Origin: Parcubacteria group bacterium LiPW_30
Lineage (GTDB): Bacteria > Patescibacteriota > Minisyncoccia > Phycocordibacterales > VMEP01
DNA length: 64,000 nt
Direction of reading: 5' to 3'
Assembly (NCBI GenBank): GCA_007375595.1
Contig: VMEP01000001.1
Coordinates: 178,816-242,815 of the forward strand
The notes under the pieces are model-generated. The model saw only the letters and a list, made by a program, of their open reading frames with translations. It was not told where the DNA came from and ran no database searches. Position 1 is the stretch's first letter, and each line of letters opens with the position of its first letter. Of this stretch, positions 1-7,829 are shown piece by piece. A program made the position numbers and the translations under genes.

Positions 1-1
1 T

Positions 2-898
2 CTGAGTAAACGTCCCAGAAGAAGTTTGATTTAGTTTAAGGGTTGTATTATTAAAGTAACTAGAGTTTGTCCCCCATTCGAACCAGCGGGTAGTGTTTGT
101 GCTACCATTTGGATCAACAAATCCTTGTAGAATTGCAAAAGTGTCACCATTCTGTACCGTCGAATAAGTCATCACAAAAGGTGTTTGCCCTGTATTTTGA
201 TTACAGTTGTAGTTGTTATAACCACAATTGTAATTGTAATTATTAGTTGTAAAAGACTGAGTTCCACCATAAACAACAGCACTACCTGAATTTTGTCCTA
301 CAGCTCGGTAATAATAGGTTGTATTTTGGTTTAAGGAATTATTAACTGAATAGAATGTTGTATTAACTGTACCAACATTTACTTGTGGGGTGGTGTTTCC
401 AAAGGAATTTGATGTTCCCCACTCAAACCAAACGTTTGTCATGACCCCTCCGTTTGAATTAACAGAACCCTGAAATGTTGCTGAGTTACTGGAGACATTT
501 GTTGGGGCGTTAGTTGTTATTGTTGGAGATGATTGATTTTGATTTTGCTGAGAACAAGAAAGAGTTGATGCGCTTTGGGTATTCGCATAAAAAATATTTT
601 GAGGAGTAGAAGAATCCCAGAAAACCAGCTGATACTGATAAGTAGAGTTACATGGAATATCAACTGTCTCTGAAACAATTTGTGTCCCATTAACAGCAGT
701 GCTTCTTGTTGGTGTTACGGAAGTAGAACCACCACCAATACTATATGAGAAATAGTAACCCGCAGTAGTAGCAACGCTTGACGTTATGTCACCGCGAAAA
801 GTAACACTATCTGCCAGAACAGGGCTCGCAAAAACTCCCGTTGCTAAAACAGTGACTGCGACAAAAAATGCTTTTGTTAGTGTTAGTGATTTTTTCAT
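2..898 (-). CDS. Secreted protein with FN3-like repeats (truncated at window edge)
   Basis: Not in ORF track. Hand translation gives MKKSLTLTKAFFVAVTVLATGVFASPVLA (signal peptide), then repeats such as ATFQGSVNSNG..VWFEWGTS..TTYYYRAVGQN and AILQGFVDPNG..RWFEWGTN. Runs off the left end. Confidence 0.8.
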   Translation of the reverse strand, partial: MKKSLTLTKAFFVAVTVLATGVFASPVLADSVTFRGDITSSVATTAGYYFSYSIGGGSTSVTPTRSTAVNGTQIVSETVDIPCNSTYQYQLVFWDSSTPQNIFYANTQSASTLSCSQQNQNQSSPTITTNAPTNVSSNSATFQGSVNSNGGVMTNVWFEWGTSNSFGNTTPQVNVGTVNTTFYSVNNSLNQNTTYYYRAVGQNSGSAVVYGGTQSFTTNNYNYNCGYNNYNCNQNTGQTPFVMTYSTVQNGDTFAILQGFVDPNGSTNTTRWFEWGTNSSYFNNTTLKLNQTSSGTFTQ

Positions 899-927
899 AT
901 AATTGCTTGGTTTTTTATAATATCAAT

Positions 928-956
928 AATCTATCATAAAACATACAAAAAGTCAA
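928..956 (-). promoter_or_regulatory. sigma70-type promoter
   Basis: TTGACT-17nt-TAGATT with extended -10 TG, upstream of the ATG at 898. Confidence 0.55.
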
Positions 957-1013
957 TGGGTGGAGAAATTATCTAAACTTAAAGATCCTTGTAAGAAAAA
1001 ATACATAAAAAGC

Positions 1014-1042
1014 AAAAAGGGAGGGCGTAAACGTCCTCCCTT
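1014..1042 (-). terminator. Intrinsic terminator
   Basis: AAGGGAGGGCGT/ACGTCCTCCCTT hairpin plus U-tract on the minus strand after the 1087-2067 gene. Confidence 0.6.
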
Positions 1043-1086
1043 GTTCCAAACAAAGAACTGTTTTCCTCTTGTCGACAAGGACCCTG

Positions 1087-2067
1087 TTACATGGTCCTGC
1101 CACTGAAGGAAGTTTGTGGCAAAGTTCTGCCACTGAATGACGACTGTGGCAAAGTTCTGCCACTAATCGTCGGTACAACTTGCGGAAAGGTGTTGCCACT
1201 AATCGTCGGTCCGGAAACATACGCTTGCGCCGGCTGAACAACGTACGGAGCGCCGATAACAGCACCGCTGTTCCCGATCCATCCGCTAAAGCCGACGTAG
1301 CCACCGCCGCAACCGTCGTAACAACCACTCGCGACCGCAACAGGCCTTTCCGTGATGACTTCCTTCATCACCACGATGCTCTTGCGATACCAGCCAGTTT
1401 CTGGCGCTTTGGTGGGGCCCGCCACGGCGAAAATCCGGTACTCCTTTTCCACGACCTTGTCTTCCTTGCCGGTTGGCAAGTATGCGATCTCTTTGGCGGG
1501 ATTGCCACAGTCATCGCGTGCGTAGATTTTGAGTTTTCCGTCTTTTACATCAAAACGGAACTTGTCGCCGTCTTTTTGGGCAACCCACTGCCATCCATGA
1601 ACAGTGAACATGTGAACGCAGGCATCCTTTTCAATCGGCATAACCTGACGCCCTTCCCCGTCCGCGGCCGGCAATTTTTTCGAATACTTCGCCTTCGGTA
1701 CATAGTACCGATACTCCCCGCTCTCAAGGGCAGCTAAACACTGCACCTTTTTGTCGAAAGTGTCAACCCCAACCCCTTTGGAAGGAACCGGAGAGACAAC
1801 CTTTGACACCAGCTTGTATTCCGTCTTTCTGGGCAATGCCCCCTCGTTTGAGGGAATGCATTCACCAAGGTTGTTTCCCTTGGTGTCTGCGCGACAGTCA
1901 ACAAACTTGATGCGACCAGAGACTGGGGAACGGCCCCCGTCATTCAGAGGAACTGCCAGAACCGTCTTCGTCGAAGGTTCCGTACTCCCCGTTTTGGTCT
2001 CTATCCCAGCGCAAGCCGAAAGGAAGACCGCCATGAACAATGCCAACAGATTCAATTTGCGTGTCAT
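1087..2067 (-). CDS. Hypothetical lipoprotein, GC-rich, with C-terminal SGRTLPQ repeats
   Basis: Lipobox-like FLSAC; AGGAGG SD; own promoter and terminator. Confidence 0.75.
   Translation of the reverse strand: MTRKLNLLALFMAVFLSACAGIETKTGSTEPSTKTVLAVPLNDGGRSPVSGRIKFVDCRADTKGNNLGECIPSNEGALPRKTEYKLVSKVVSPVPSKGVGVDTFDKKVQCLAALESGEYRYYVPKAKYSKKLPAADGEGRQVMPIEKDACVHMFTVHGWQWVAQKDGDKFRFDVKDGKLKIYARDDCGNPAKEIAYLPTGKEDKVVEKEYRIFAVAGPTKAPETGWYRKSIVVMKEVITERPVAVASGCYDGCGGGYVGFSGWIGNSGAVIGAPYVVQPAQAYVSGPTISGNTFPQVVPTISGRTLPQSSFSGRTLPQTSFSGRTM
1099..1210 (-). repeat. Imperfect ~30-36 bp tandem repeat encoding (T/S)(I/F)SG(R/N)T(L/F)PQ
   Basis: GCCACT.. units at ~1099, 1129, 1159, 1195; TGTGGCAAAGTTCTGCCACT occurs twice. 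Confidence 0.75.
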
Positions 2068-2125
2068 GATGACACCTCCTTTTCAATTTTCAATCGGCAA
2101 GATTGCCGAACTGATTTCTAGCGAA

Positions 2126-2154
2126 AGACTATCATAATTTTCATGTTTTGTCAA
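2126..2154 (-). promoter_or_regulatory. sigma70-type promoter
   Basis: TTGACA-17nt-TAGTCT with extended -10 TG. Confidence 0.55.
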
Positions 2155-2164
2155 CACAAAAATT

Positions 2165-2192
2165 AAAAGGGGTACGATTGCTCGTACCCCTT
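2165..2192 (-). terminator. Intrinsic terminator
   Basis: AAGGGGTACGA/TCGTACCCCTT hairpin after the 2213-2695 gene. Confidence 0.65.
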
Positions 2193-2212
2193 GTTTTGCC
2201 CACATGGACACC

Positions 2213-2695
2213 CTAGCAAAGGCTAGGGAACATCGACCAAGTGGACTGACAGCCACGCGGTTGTTGACCACGGGAAGGCTGAATTTGCCCTTGATAACCA
2301 GTGGCGCCGGTTGCGCTTGAGCTTCCTGCAACACCGCTATACGGCGCTGCCGCTTGGGCACAAGCTTCTGGCCGACCGCCATTTTCAAGACACGCGGCGA
2401 TGATTTCTGCTGCCGCCAAACGCCTGGCCGCATCAGCCCGGCCGACCGCGGCTCCGATTTCACTCGGAACCCGTGGCTTGTTGATCAACCGACCTTCGTG
2501 ATTCAGAAACATGCCGTTGCCCCCACTTGTCTTTTCGGGGGTACGACACACTTCTTTGCCGCCGACGATATGGCATTCTTGATCAATGATCACTGGCTCG
2601 TAAGACGTCGTTCGTTCAACCTGTTGCTGTTGGGTTGCACACCCGGCGAGAGCGAGTATCGCCATCACCGATAAAAACATTTTCATCTTGGACAT
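2213..2695 (-). CDS. Hypothetical lipoprotein, GC-rich
   Basis: Start reassigned to MSKMKMFLSVMAILALAGC (lipobox LAGC), preceded by a GAGGAG SD. Confidence 0.75.
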   Translation of the reverse strand: MSKMKMFLSVMAILALAGCATQQQQVERTTSYEPVIIDQECHIVGGKEVCRTPEKTSGGNGMFLNHEGRLINKPRVPSEIGAAVGRADAARRLAAAEIIAACLENGGRPEACAQAAAPYSGVAGSSSATGATGYQGQIQPSRGQQPRGCQSTWSMFPSLC

Positions 2696-2785
2696 GGCTG
2701 TCTCCTCTGCGAAATAGTTTAGAAAGAAGCTTTTAAATCTGCCTGTATTATTAGCATGATTTAAATAAAAAGTCAAGTTTTTCTT

Positions 2786-2879
2786 AATATCCGCCCCTAA
2801 AATGCGCGTATAATTTTCTGCTGAAAATTTACTATACTCGCCTCGCCAGGCTCCGTAATGCATTTTAGAGACGGATATT
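2786..2879 (-). repeat. Structured intergenic element, family A copy 1
   Basis: 18/20 bp inverted arms enclosing TAC-GGA-GCCT-GGCG-AGGC-GA-GTA and a CAGCAG-loop hairpin (minus strand). Confidence 0.75.
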
Positions 2880-2963
2880 GGTATTTAAAAGAAAAGAATC
2901 TTGTTACCCTTTAGCCTTTGGGCATCACTAATTTAAAAAATTTAGGTTTTCTAAAAAACTAGG

Positions 2964-3052
2964 ACTTTTCCTTTTTAAAAACATTACGGAGCGCTCGGCG
3001 CAAGTATAGAAAAATTCAGCAGAATTTTATCGTGTTTTTAAAAAGGAAAAGT
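2964..3052 (+). repeat. Structured intergenic element, family A copy 2
   Basis: 20 bp perfect inverted arms enclosing TAC-GGA-GCGC-TCG-GCGC-AA-GTA and AAAATTC-AGCA-GAATTTT. Confidence 0.75.
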
Positions 3053-3103
3053 AAAAAATAAACACCCTTTAGTTTAAAGACAAAATAAAGTATTATTTGA
3101 GGA

Positions 3104-4804
3104 ATGCAAGAATTTGATGATAAAAAACAAGACGACCGTTTATCTTTTTTACGAAAGAAAGAAGAGGAGGATCTTATAAAAATACTATCTGACAAATATG
3201 GGATACCTTACATAGACCTCTCTACTGTTTCAATTGAAGGCGATGCTCTTAAAATAATCTCTGAAGAAAAAGCTCGAGCAGCTGAAATTGCACCATTCCA
3301 GTTAATAAACAAAAAGGCCTTTATTGCTGTTCGCTCCCCTGATCGCAATGACACAAAAATAGCTTTGGAGGAAATTTCTTCAAAAGGATATTTCCCAACT
3401 TTATTTATCACCTCAACGGCAAGCCTAGAACGAGTTTGGGGGCGCTATAAAGAAGTTTCTTTTGCTTCTGAGTCAAAATCTGGACTTCTTGATGTTTCTG
3501 CTGAATTTCTAAACGAAGCATTTGAGAAAATAAAAACAATTCCCGACATAACCAATATGGTTAATGATGTTTTAAGCAAAACTGGTGGACACAAAATATC
3601 GGTGATGTTGGAAATTCTTCTTGCGGGATCAGTTGCTGTTGGAGCATCCGATATTCATATAGAACCAGAGGATGAAAATGTTCATATTAGGGCACGTCTT
3701 GATGGTGTTCTTGAAAACCTTCTCACTATAAACTATGAAACCTACAAACTTCTTTCTTCTAGAATTAAACTACTTTCTGGACTAAAACTAAATGTTAAAG
3801 CTTCTGCTCAAGACGGACGATTCAGTATCAAATTAAACGAAAAAGAAATTGAAATACGTTCTTCTGTTATTCCGGGAGCATATGGGGAATCTTTTGTTAT
3901 GCGTGTTTTAAACCCAGAAAATATTGCTGTCCCATTTGAAGAGTTGGGTGTGAATAAATACCTTTTTGAAATTATTGAGAAAGAACTAAAACGCCCTAAT
4001 GGAATTATCTTAACCACCGGACCAACCGGCTCCGGAAAGACAACAACCCTCTATGCTTTTTTGCGTAAAATTTATTCTCCTGGAAACAAGATGATTACCA
4101 TTGAAGATCCGATTGAGTATCACTTAGAAGGAATCACTCAAACTCAAACAAACGAAGAGAAGGGTTATACCTTCTTGGAAGGGTTGAGGTCAGCCTTGCG
4201 CCAAGATCCAGACGTAATAATGGTTGGTGAAATTCGAGACACCGAAACAGCAAAAATTGCTATTAACTCCGCACTAACAGGACACTTAGTTTTTTCAACA
4301 CTACACACAAACACCGCAGCTGGTGCTATTCCAAGACTAATAGACCTAGGGGTTGATGCTAAAATAATCAGCTCTGCTCTTAATGTCTCCCTTGCTCAAC
4401 GTTTAGCTCGCAAACTTTGTTCTTCTTGTAAAAAAGAATCTCCTGCCACAGACGACGAAAAAAGAATTTTAACTGCCGTTGTCGAGAGAATTAAGGAAGA
4501 GAAAAAGGAGTATGCATTAGAACCAATTGAGTCTCTTCTCCCTGTCACGAATCTTTTCCAACCAGTTGGTTGTGAAAAATGTAACAACACTGGGTTTAAG
4601 GGCCGTGTTGGTATTTACGAAGCAATCCTTACGGATGAAAACATAGAAAAAGCTATCACCGAAAACCCAACAGAGAGAGAATTGAAAAAAGCGAGTTTAT
4701 CGCAAAGGATTCTTGATTTACAAGAAGACGCTACTATTAAAATCATACAGGGAATAACCTCACTTTCAGAAGTTAGTCGTGTTGTCGATCTAGAGGAGGT
4801 CTAA
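3104..4804 (+). CDS. GspE/PilB-family secretion/pilus assembly ATPase
   Basis: ASDIHIEP, Walker A GPTGSGKTT, LRQDPDVIMVGEIRD, STLHTN, CxxC pairs. Confidence 0.95.
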   Translation: MQEFDDKKQDDRLSFLRKKEEEDLIKILSDKYGIPYIDLSTVSIEGDALKIISEEKARAAEIAPFQLINKKAFIAVRSPDRNDTKIALEEISSKGYFPTLFITSTASLERVWGRYKEVSFASESKSGLLDVSAEFLNEAFEKIKTIPDITNMVNDVLSKTGGHKISVMLEILLAGSVAVGASDIHIEPEDENVHIRARLDGVLENLLTINYETYKLLSSRIKLLSGLKLNVKASAQDGRFSIKLNEKEIEIRSSVIPGAYGESFVMRVLNPENIAVPFEELGVNKYLFEIIEKELKRPNGIILTTGPTGSGKTTTLYAFLRKIYSPGNKMITIEDPIEYHLEGITQTQTNEEKGYTFLEGLRSALRQDPDVIMVGEIRDTETAKIAINSALTGHLVFSTLHTNTAAGAIPRLIDLGVDAKIISSALNVSLAQRLARKLCSSCKKESPATDDEKRILTAVVERIKEEKKEYALEPIESLLPVTNLFQPVGCEKCNNTGFKGRVGIYEAILTDENIEKAITENPTERELKKASLSQRILDLQEDATIKIIQGITSLSEVSRVVDLEEV

Positions 4805-4829
4805 TTTTTTACCCAAAGTCTTGAAAAAC

Positions 4830-4858
4830 AAAAAAACACCGATAATTCGGTGTTTTTT
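4830..4858 (+). terminator. Intrinsic terminator
   Basis: AAAAAACACCGA/TCGGTGTTTTTT. Confidence 0.65.
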
Positions 4859-4872
4859 GGAGATAAGAGTAC

Positions 4873-5016
4873 AAACCTCTAAGTAATCCTTTCCGCAAAA
4901 GAGTGGAAAGGGAGAGAGTATCTGCAAGGATAGTCTCAGCAAACACGCAAGCGTGCAACCAAAAACGTCCTCCAAACCCCTCCGGCAAGACACTAGGTCT
5001 CATTACTTAGAGATTT
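4873..5016. other. Multi-hairpin structured intergenic element (candidate ncRNA)
   Basis: 14/15 bp terminal inverted repeat enclosing three hairpins. Confidence 0.4.
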
Positions 5017-5081
5017 CTGCCCTCATCTAGAAAAGTGCTATAATTAGCTACGTTTCAATAAACTATCATAGTTATTAAAAT

Positions 5082-6134
5082 ATGTCAATAGGAAAAAATC
5101 CCAACACAAAAAGTTCCCTAAAAACAGAGACGGGTAACAAGGAAGAGCGAGACGACTCATTTCTAGATCAAACCCTCCGACCTTCACGTTGGGATGAATA
5201 TATTGGCCAACAAAACATCAAAGAAAACCTAAGAATTCTTTTAACCGCAGCAAAAGAACGTAACCATCCACCAGAACATATTCTTTTTTATGGACCTCCA
5301 GGACTTGGGAAGACAACTCTTGCTTATTTAATTGCCAAAGAAACAGGGGCGCAAATTAAAGTGACTTCTGGTCCCGCGATTGAAAAAGTTGGTGACCTTG
5401 CTTCTATTCTTACCAACCTACTTCCTGGTGATATTCTTTTTATCGATGAAATTCATCGTTTAAATAAAACTATCGAAGAAGTTCTCTATCCTGCTATGGA
5501 ATCTGGCTCACTTGATATCATTATTGGCAAAGGACCTTCCGCTCGCACAATCCAACTTGAGCTCCCGGCTTTCACATTAGTCGCCGCAACCACTCGAATT
5601 GCTTTATTGTCTGCCCCACTTCGCTCTCGTTTCTCTGGAGGAACATTTCGCCTCGAGTTTTATAGCGAAGACGAGATTAAAAAAATTATTGACCGCTCGG
5701 CAAATATTTTGGGAACATCACTTGTAAAAGAAGCTTCTCAAGCAATCGCCAAAAGAAGTAGATTTACTCCGCGTATGGCAAATTATTTACTAAAACGCTG
5801 TCGCGACTTTGCCCAAGTCCACAAAAAATCACTTTCGGAAGAGATAGTTAGTGATGCCTTAAAACTTCTTGGAGTAGATGACCTCGGTCTTTCTTTTTCC
5901 GACCGCCAAATACTTAACGTAATTATTGATAAGTTTAGGGGAGGACCTGTTGGCTTAGGGACAATCGCTGCGGCAACTGGTGAGGAAGAAGCAACAATTG
6001 AAGAAGTCATCGAGCCGTATTTAATTCAACTAGGACTTCTTGAGCGTACTACGAGAGGTCGCGTGGCAACGCCCCGTGCCTACGAACATCTTGGTTTTAA
6101 AATGCCATCAGATATACAAGAAAAACTCATCTAG
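5082..6134 (+). CDS. ruvB: Holliday junction branch migration ATPase RuvB
   Basis: LRPSRWDEYIGQ, GPPGLGKTT, FIDEIHRL, GGPVGL, EPYLIQ. Confidence 0.97.
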   Translation: MSIGKNPNTKSSLKTETGNKEERDDSFLDQTLRPSRWDEYIGQQNIKENLRILLTAAKERNHPPEHILFYGPPGLGKTTLAYLIAKETGAQIKVTSGPAIEKVGDLASILTNLLPGDILFIDEIHRLNKTIEEVLYPAMESGSLDIIIGKGPSARTIQLELPAFTLVAATTRIALLSAPLRSRFSGGTFRLEFYSEDEIKKIIDRSANILGTSLVKEASQAIAKRSRFTPRMANYLLKRCRDFAQVHKKSLSEEIVSDALKLLGVDDLGLSFSDRQILNVIIDKFRGGPVGLGTIAAATGEEEATIEEVIEPYLIQLGLLERTTRGRVATPRAYEHLGFKMPSDIQEKLI

Positions 6135-6369
6135 TAGCTTTTAGGTCATAGCTGTTAGCTAATTAGAAAAACCGAGCTCAACCCCAGCCATATTTTTACA
6201 AAATAATTACTGGCGGGGCGCTTCGCCGTATGAGGATTGTCCTATTCGGACACGCACCCCGCGAGACAAAAATTTACCCAGTGGTATAGTGACATTATTA
6301 CAAAATATAACAGTAAAAATATAGCGGGGTGATGATTTTAATAGTCGTTTCACTCCTTAAAAATCAATC

Positions 6370-6900
6370 ATGTCTGGTCACTCAAAATGGTCTCAAATAA
6401 AAAGACAAAAAGGTAGCGAAGACGCAAAACGTAGTAAAGTTTTTGCGAAACTTGCTCGTGCAATATCCCAAGAATCAAAAAGGGTTAAAGGAGATATTAG
6501 CTCCCCTACTCTACGTGTGATGATTGATAAGGCAAAAAAAGAAAACATGCCTAAAGACACAATAGAGCGCGCCGTTAAAAAAGGAACGAGCGCCGATATG
6601 GGAGAATTATTTGAAGTTATGTATGAAGCTTATGGTCCTGGTGGTTCAGCAATACTTATCGAAGGATTAACCGACAGTAAAAACAGAAGCGCTGCTGAAA
6701 TTAAACATTTACTTTCTTTACACGACGCATCGTTTGCCTCACAAGGAGCTGCTGCTTGGGCTTTTAAAAAAGAAGGAGAGGAGTGGGTTCCACAAACAAC
6801 TGTTCCTCTTTCAGACGAGGATGGAAATAAACTTTCTGTCTTAATTGAAGAACTGGAAGAAAGAGATGACGTTCAGGGTGTTTATACTAACGGAAACTAG
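6370..6900 (+). CDS. yebC: YebC/PmpR family protein (shortened)
   Basis: MSGHSKWSQIKRQK, YEAYGPGG, DDVQGVYTN. Confidence 0.93.
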   Translation: MSGHSKWSQIKRQKGSEDAKRSKVFAKLARAISQESKRVKGDISSPTLRVMIDKAKKENMPKDTIERAVKKGTSADMGELFEVMYEAYGPGGSAILIEGLTDSKNRSAAEIKHLLSLHDASFASQGAAAWAFKKEGEEWVPQTTVPLSDEDGNKLSVLIEELEERDDVQGVYTNGN

Positions 6901-6912
6901 TATTATCTAATT

Positions 6913-7389
6913 ATGCGTATCATCGCGATTGATCCAGGTCTTGAGAGAGTTGGTATCGCCATACTAGACAAAGAGCGGGGTGGTAAAGAAACTCTTGTTT
7001 TTTCGGAATGTTTTAAAACAAAATCTTCTTTAACACTTTCAGAAAGACTCAACTTAATTGGAGTTCATTTAAACGAGATTATTTTGGAATACAAACCAGA
7101 GGCCCTCGCAATTGAATCTCTTTTTTTCACAACCAATCAAAAGACTGCAATGGTGGTATCTCAAGCTCGTGGAGTTATTATTTACGAAGGTGCTAAAAAT
7201 AATCTTCCCATCTATGAATATACCCCCCTTCAGATAAAAGTAGCTGTCACTGGATATGGAAAGGCCACAAAAACACAAGTTGATTCAATGGTTCAAAAAC
7301 TAATAATCATCTCTAAAAAGATAAAATCGGACGACGAAATGGACGCTGTTGCCATAGGCCTAACCTGTTTTGCCTGCATAAGAAGTTAA
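6913..7389 (+). CDS. ruvC: Crossover junction endodeoxyribonuclease RuvC
   Basis: IAIDPG, AIESLFF, QARGV, YTPLQIKVAVTGYGKATK, DDEMDA. Confidence 0.95.
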   Translation: MRIIAIDPGLERVGIAILDKERGGKETLVFSECFKTKSSLTLSERLNLIGVHLNEIILEYKPEALAIESLFFTTNQKTAMVVSQARGVIIYEGAKNNLPIYEYTPLQIKVAVTGYGKATKTQVDSMVQKLIIISKKIKSDDEMDAVAIGLTCFACIRS

Positions 7390-7414
7390 ACGAGGGTGGT
7401 CAAAATCAAACACG

Positions 7415-7503
7415 TCTTTTCTTTTAAAAAACCTTACGGAGCGCGACGAGCGCGAGTAGAGAAAAACCCAGCAGGGTTCTATCGTGTTTTTTAAAAGAAA
7501 AGA
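7415..7503 (+). repeat. Structured intergenic element, family A copy 3
   Basis: 18 bp inverted arms enclosing TAC-GGA-GCGC-GACGA-GCGC-GA-GTA and AACCC-AGCA-GGGTT. Confidence 0.75.
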
Positions 7504-7514
7504 TAAAAGACGCC

Positions 7515-7523
7515 TTATCCACA
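7515..7523 (+). promoter_or_regulatory. Perfect DnaA box
   Basis: TTATCCACA. Confidence 0.5.
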
Positions 7524-7645
7524 CTTTTTAACTAAAAACATTGCGCTTTTTTTTGTTTTTGATACAACAGTGGGAGTTAGGGGTTTAAATTGAAAAATAT
7601 TGTTTAATTAAATGTGTATTTTATAAATTAAGTTTTTAACTTTAT

Positions 7646-7798
7646 ATGGATGACGAAATGAAGGAACCATTGTCCGAAGAAGCCCTAGATGGCATTTTGG
7701 GAGATGATCTCTTAGGAGATGACGGTCTACCAGATGACCTAGATGCTGATGACCTCGGCAGTGCTCCAATCAGCGAAGAAGACGAAGAAGTTTGGTAG
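7646..7798 (+). CDS. Small highly acidic protein (50 aa)
   Basis: Below ORF-track cutoff: MDDEMKEPLSEEALDGILGDDLLGDDGLPDDLDADDLGSAPISEEDEEVW, followed immediately by a terminator. Confidence 0.7.
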   Translation: MDDEMKEPLSEEALDGILGDDLLGDDGLPDDLDADDLGSAPISEEDEEVW

Positions 7799-7829
7799 AA
7801 AAAAGCGGGACAATGTGTCCCGCTTTTTT
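7799..7829. terminator. Bidirectional intrinsic terminator
   Basis: AAAAAAGCGGGACA/TGTCCCGCTTTTTT between convergent genes. Confidence 0.75.

Noticed and set aside
1099-1210. Possible CRISPR array
   Set aside because: In-frame coding tandem repeats without unique spacers; no cas genes
2696-2863. N-terminal extension of ORF 2213-2863
   Set aside because: Runs through the promoter region and a family A element; SD and lipobox support a start at 2695
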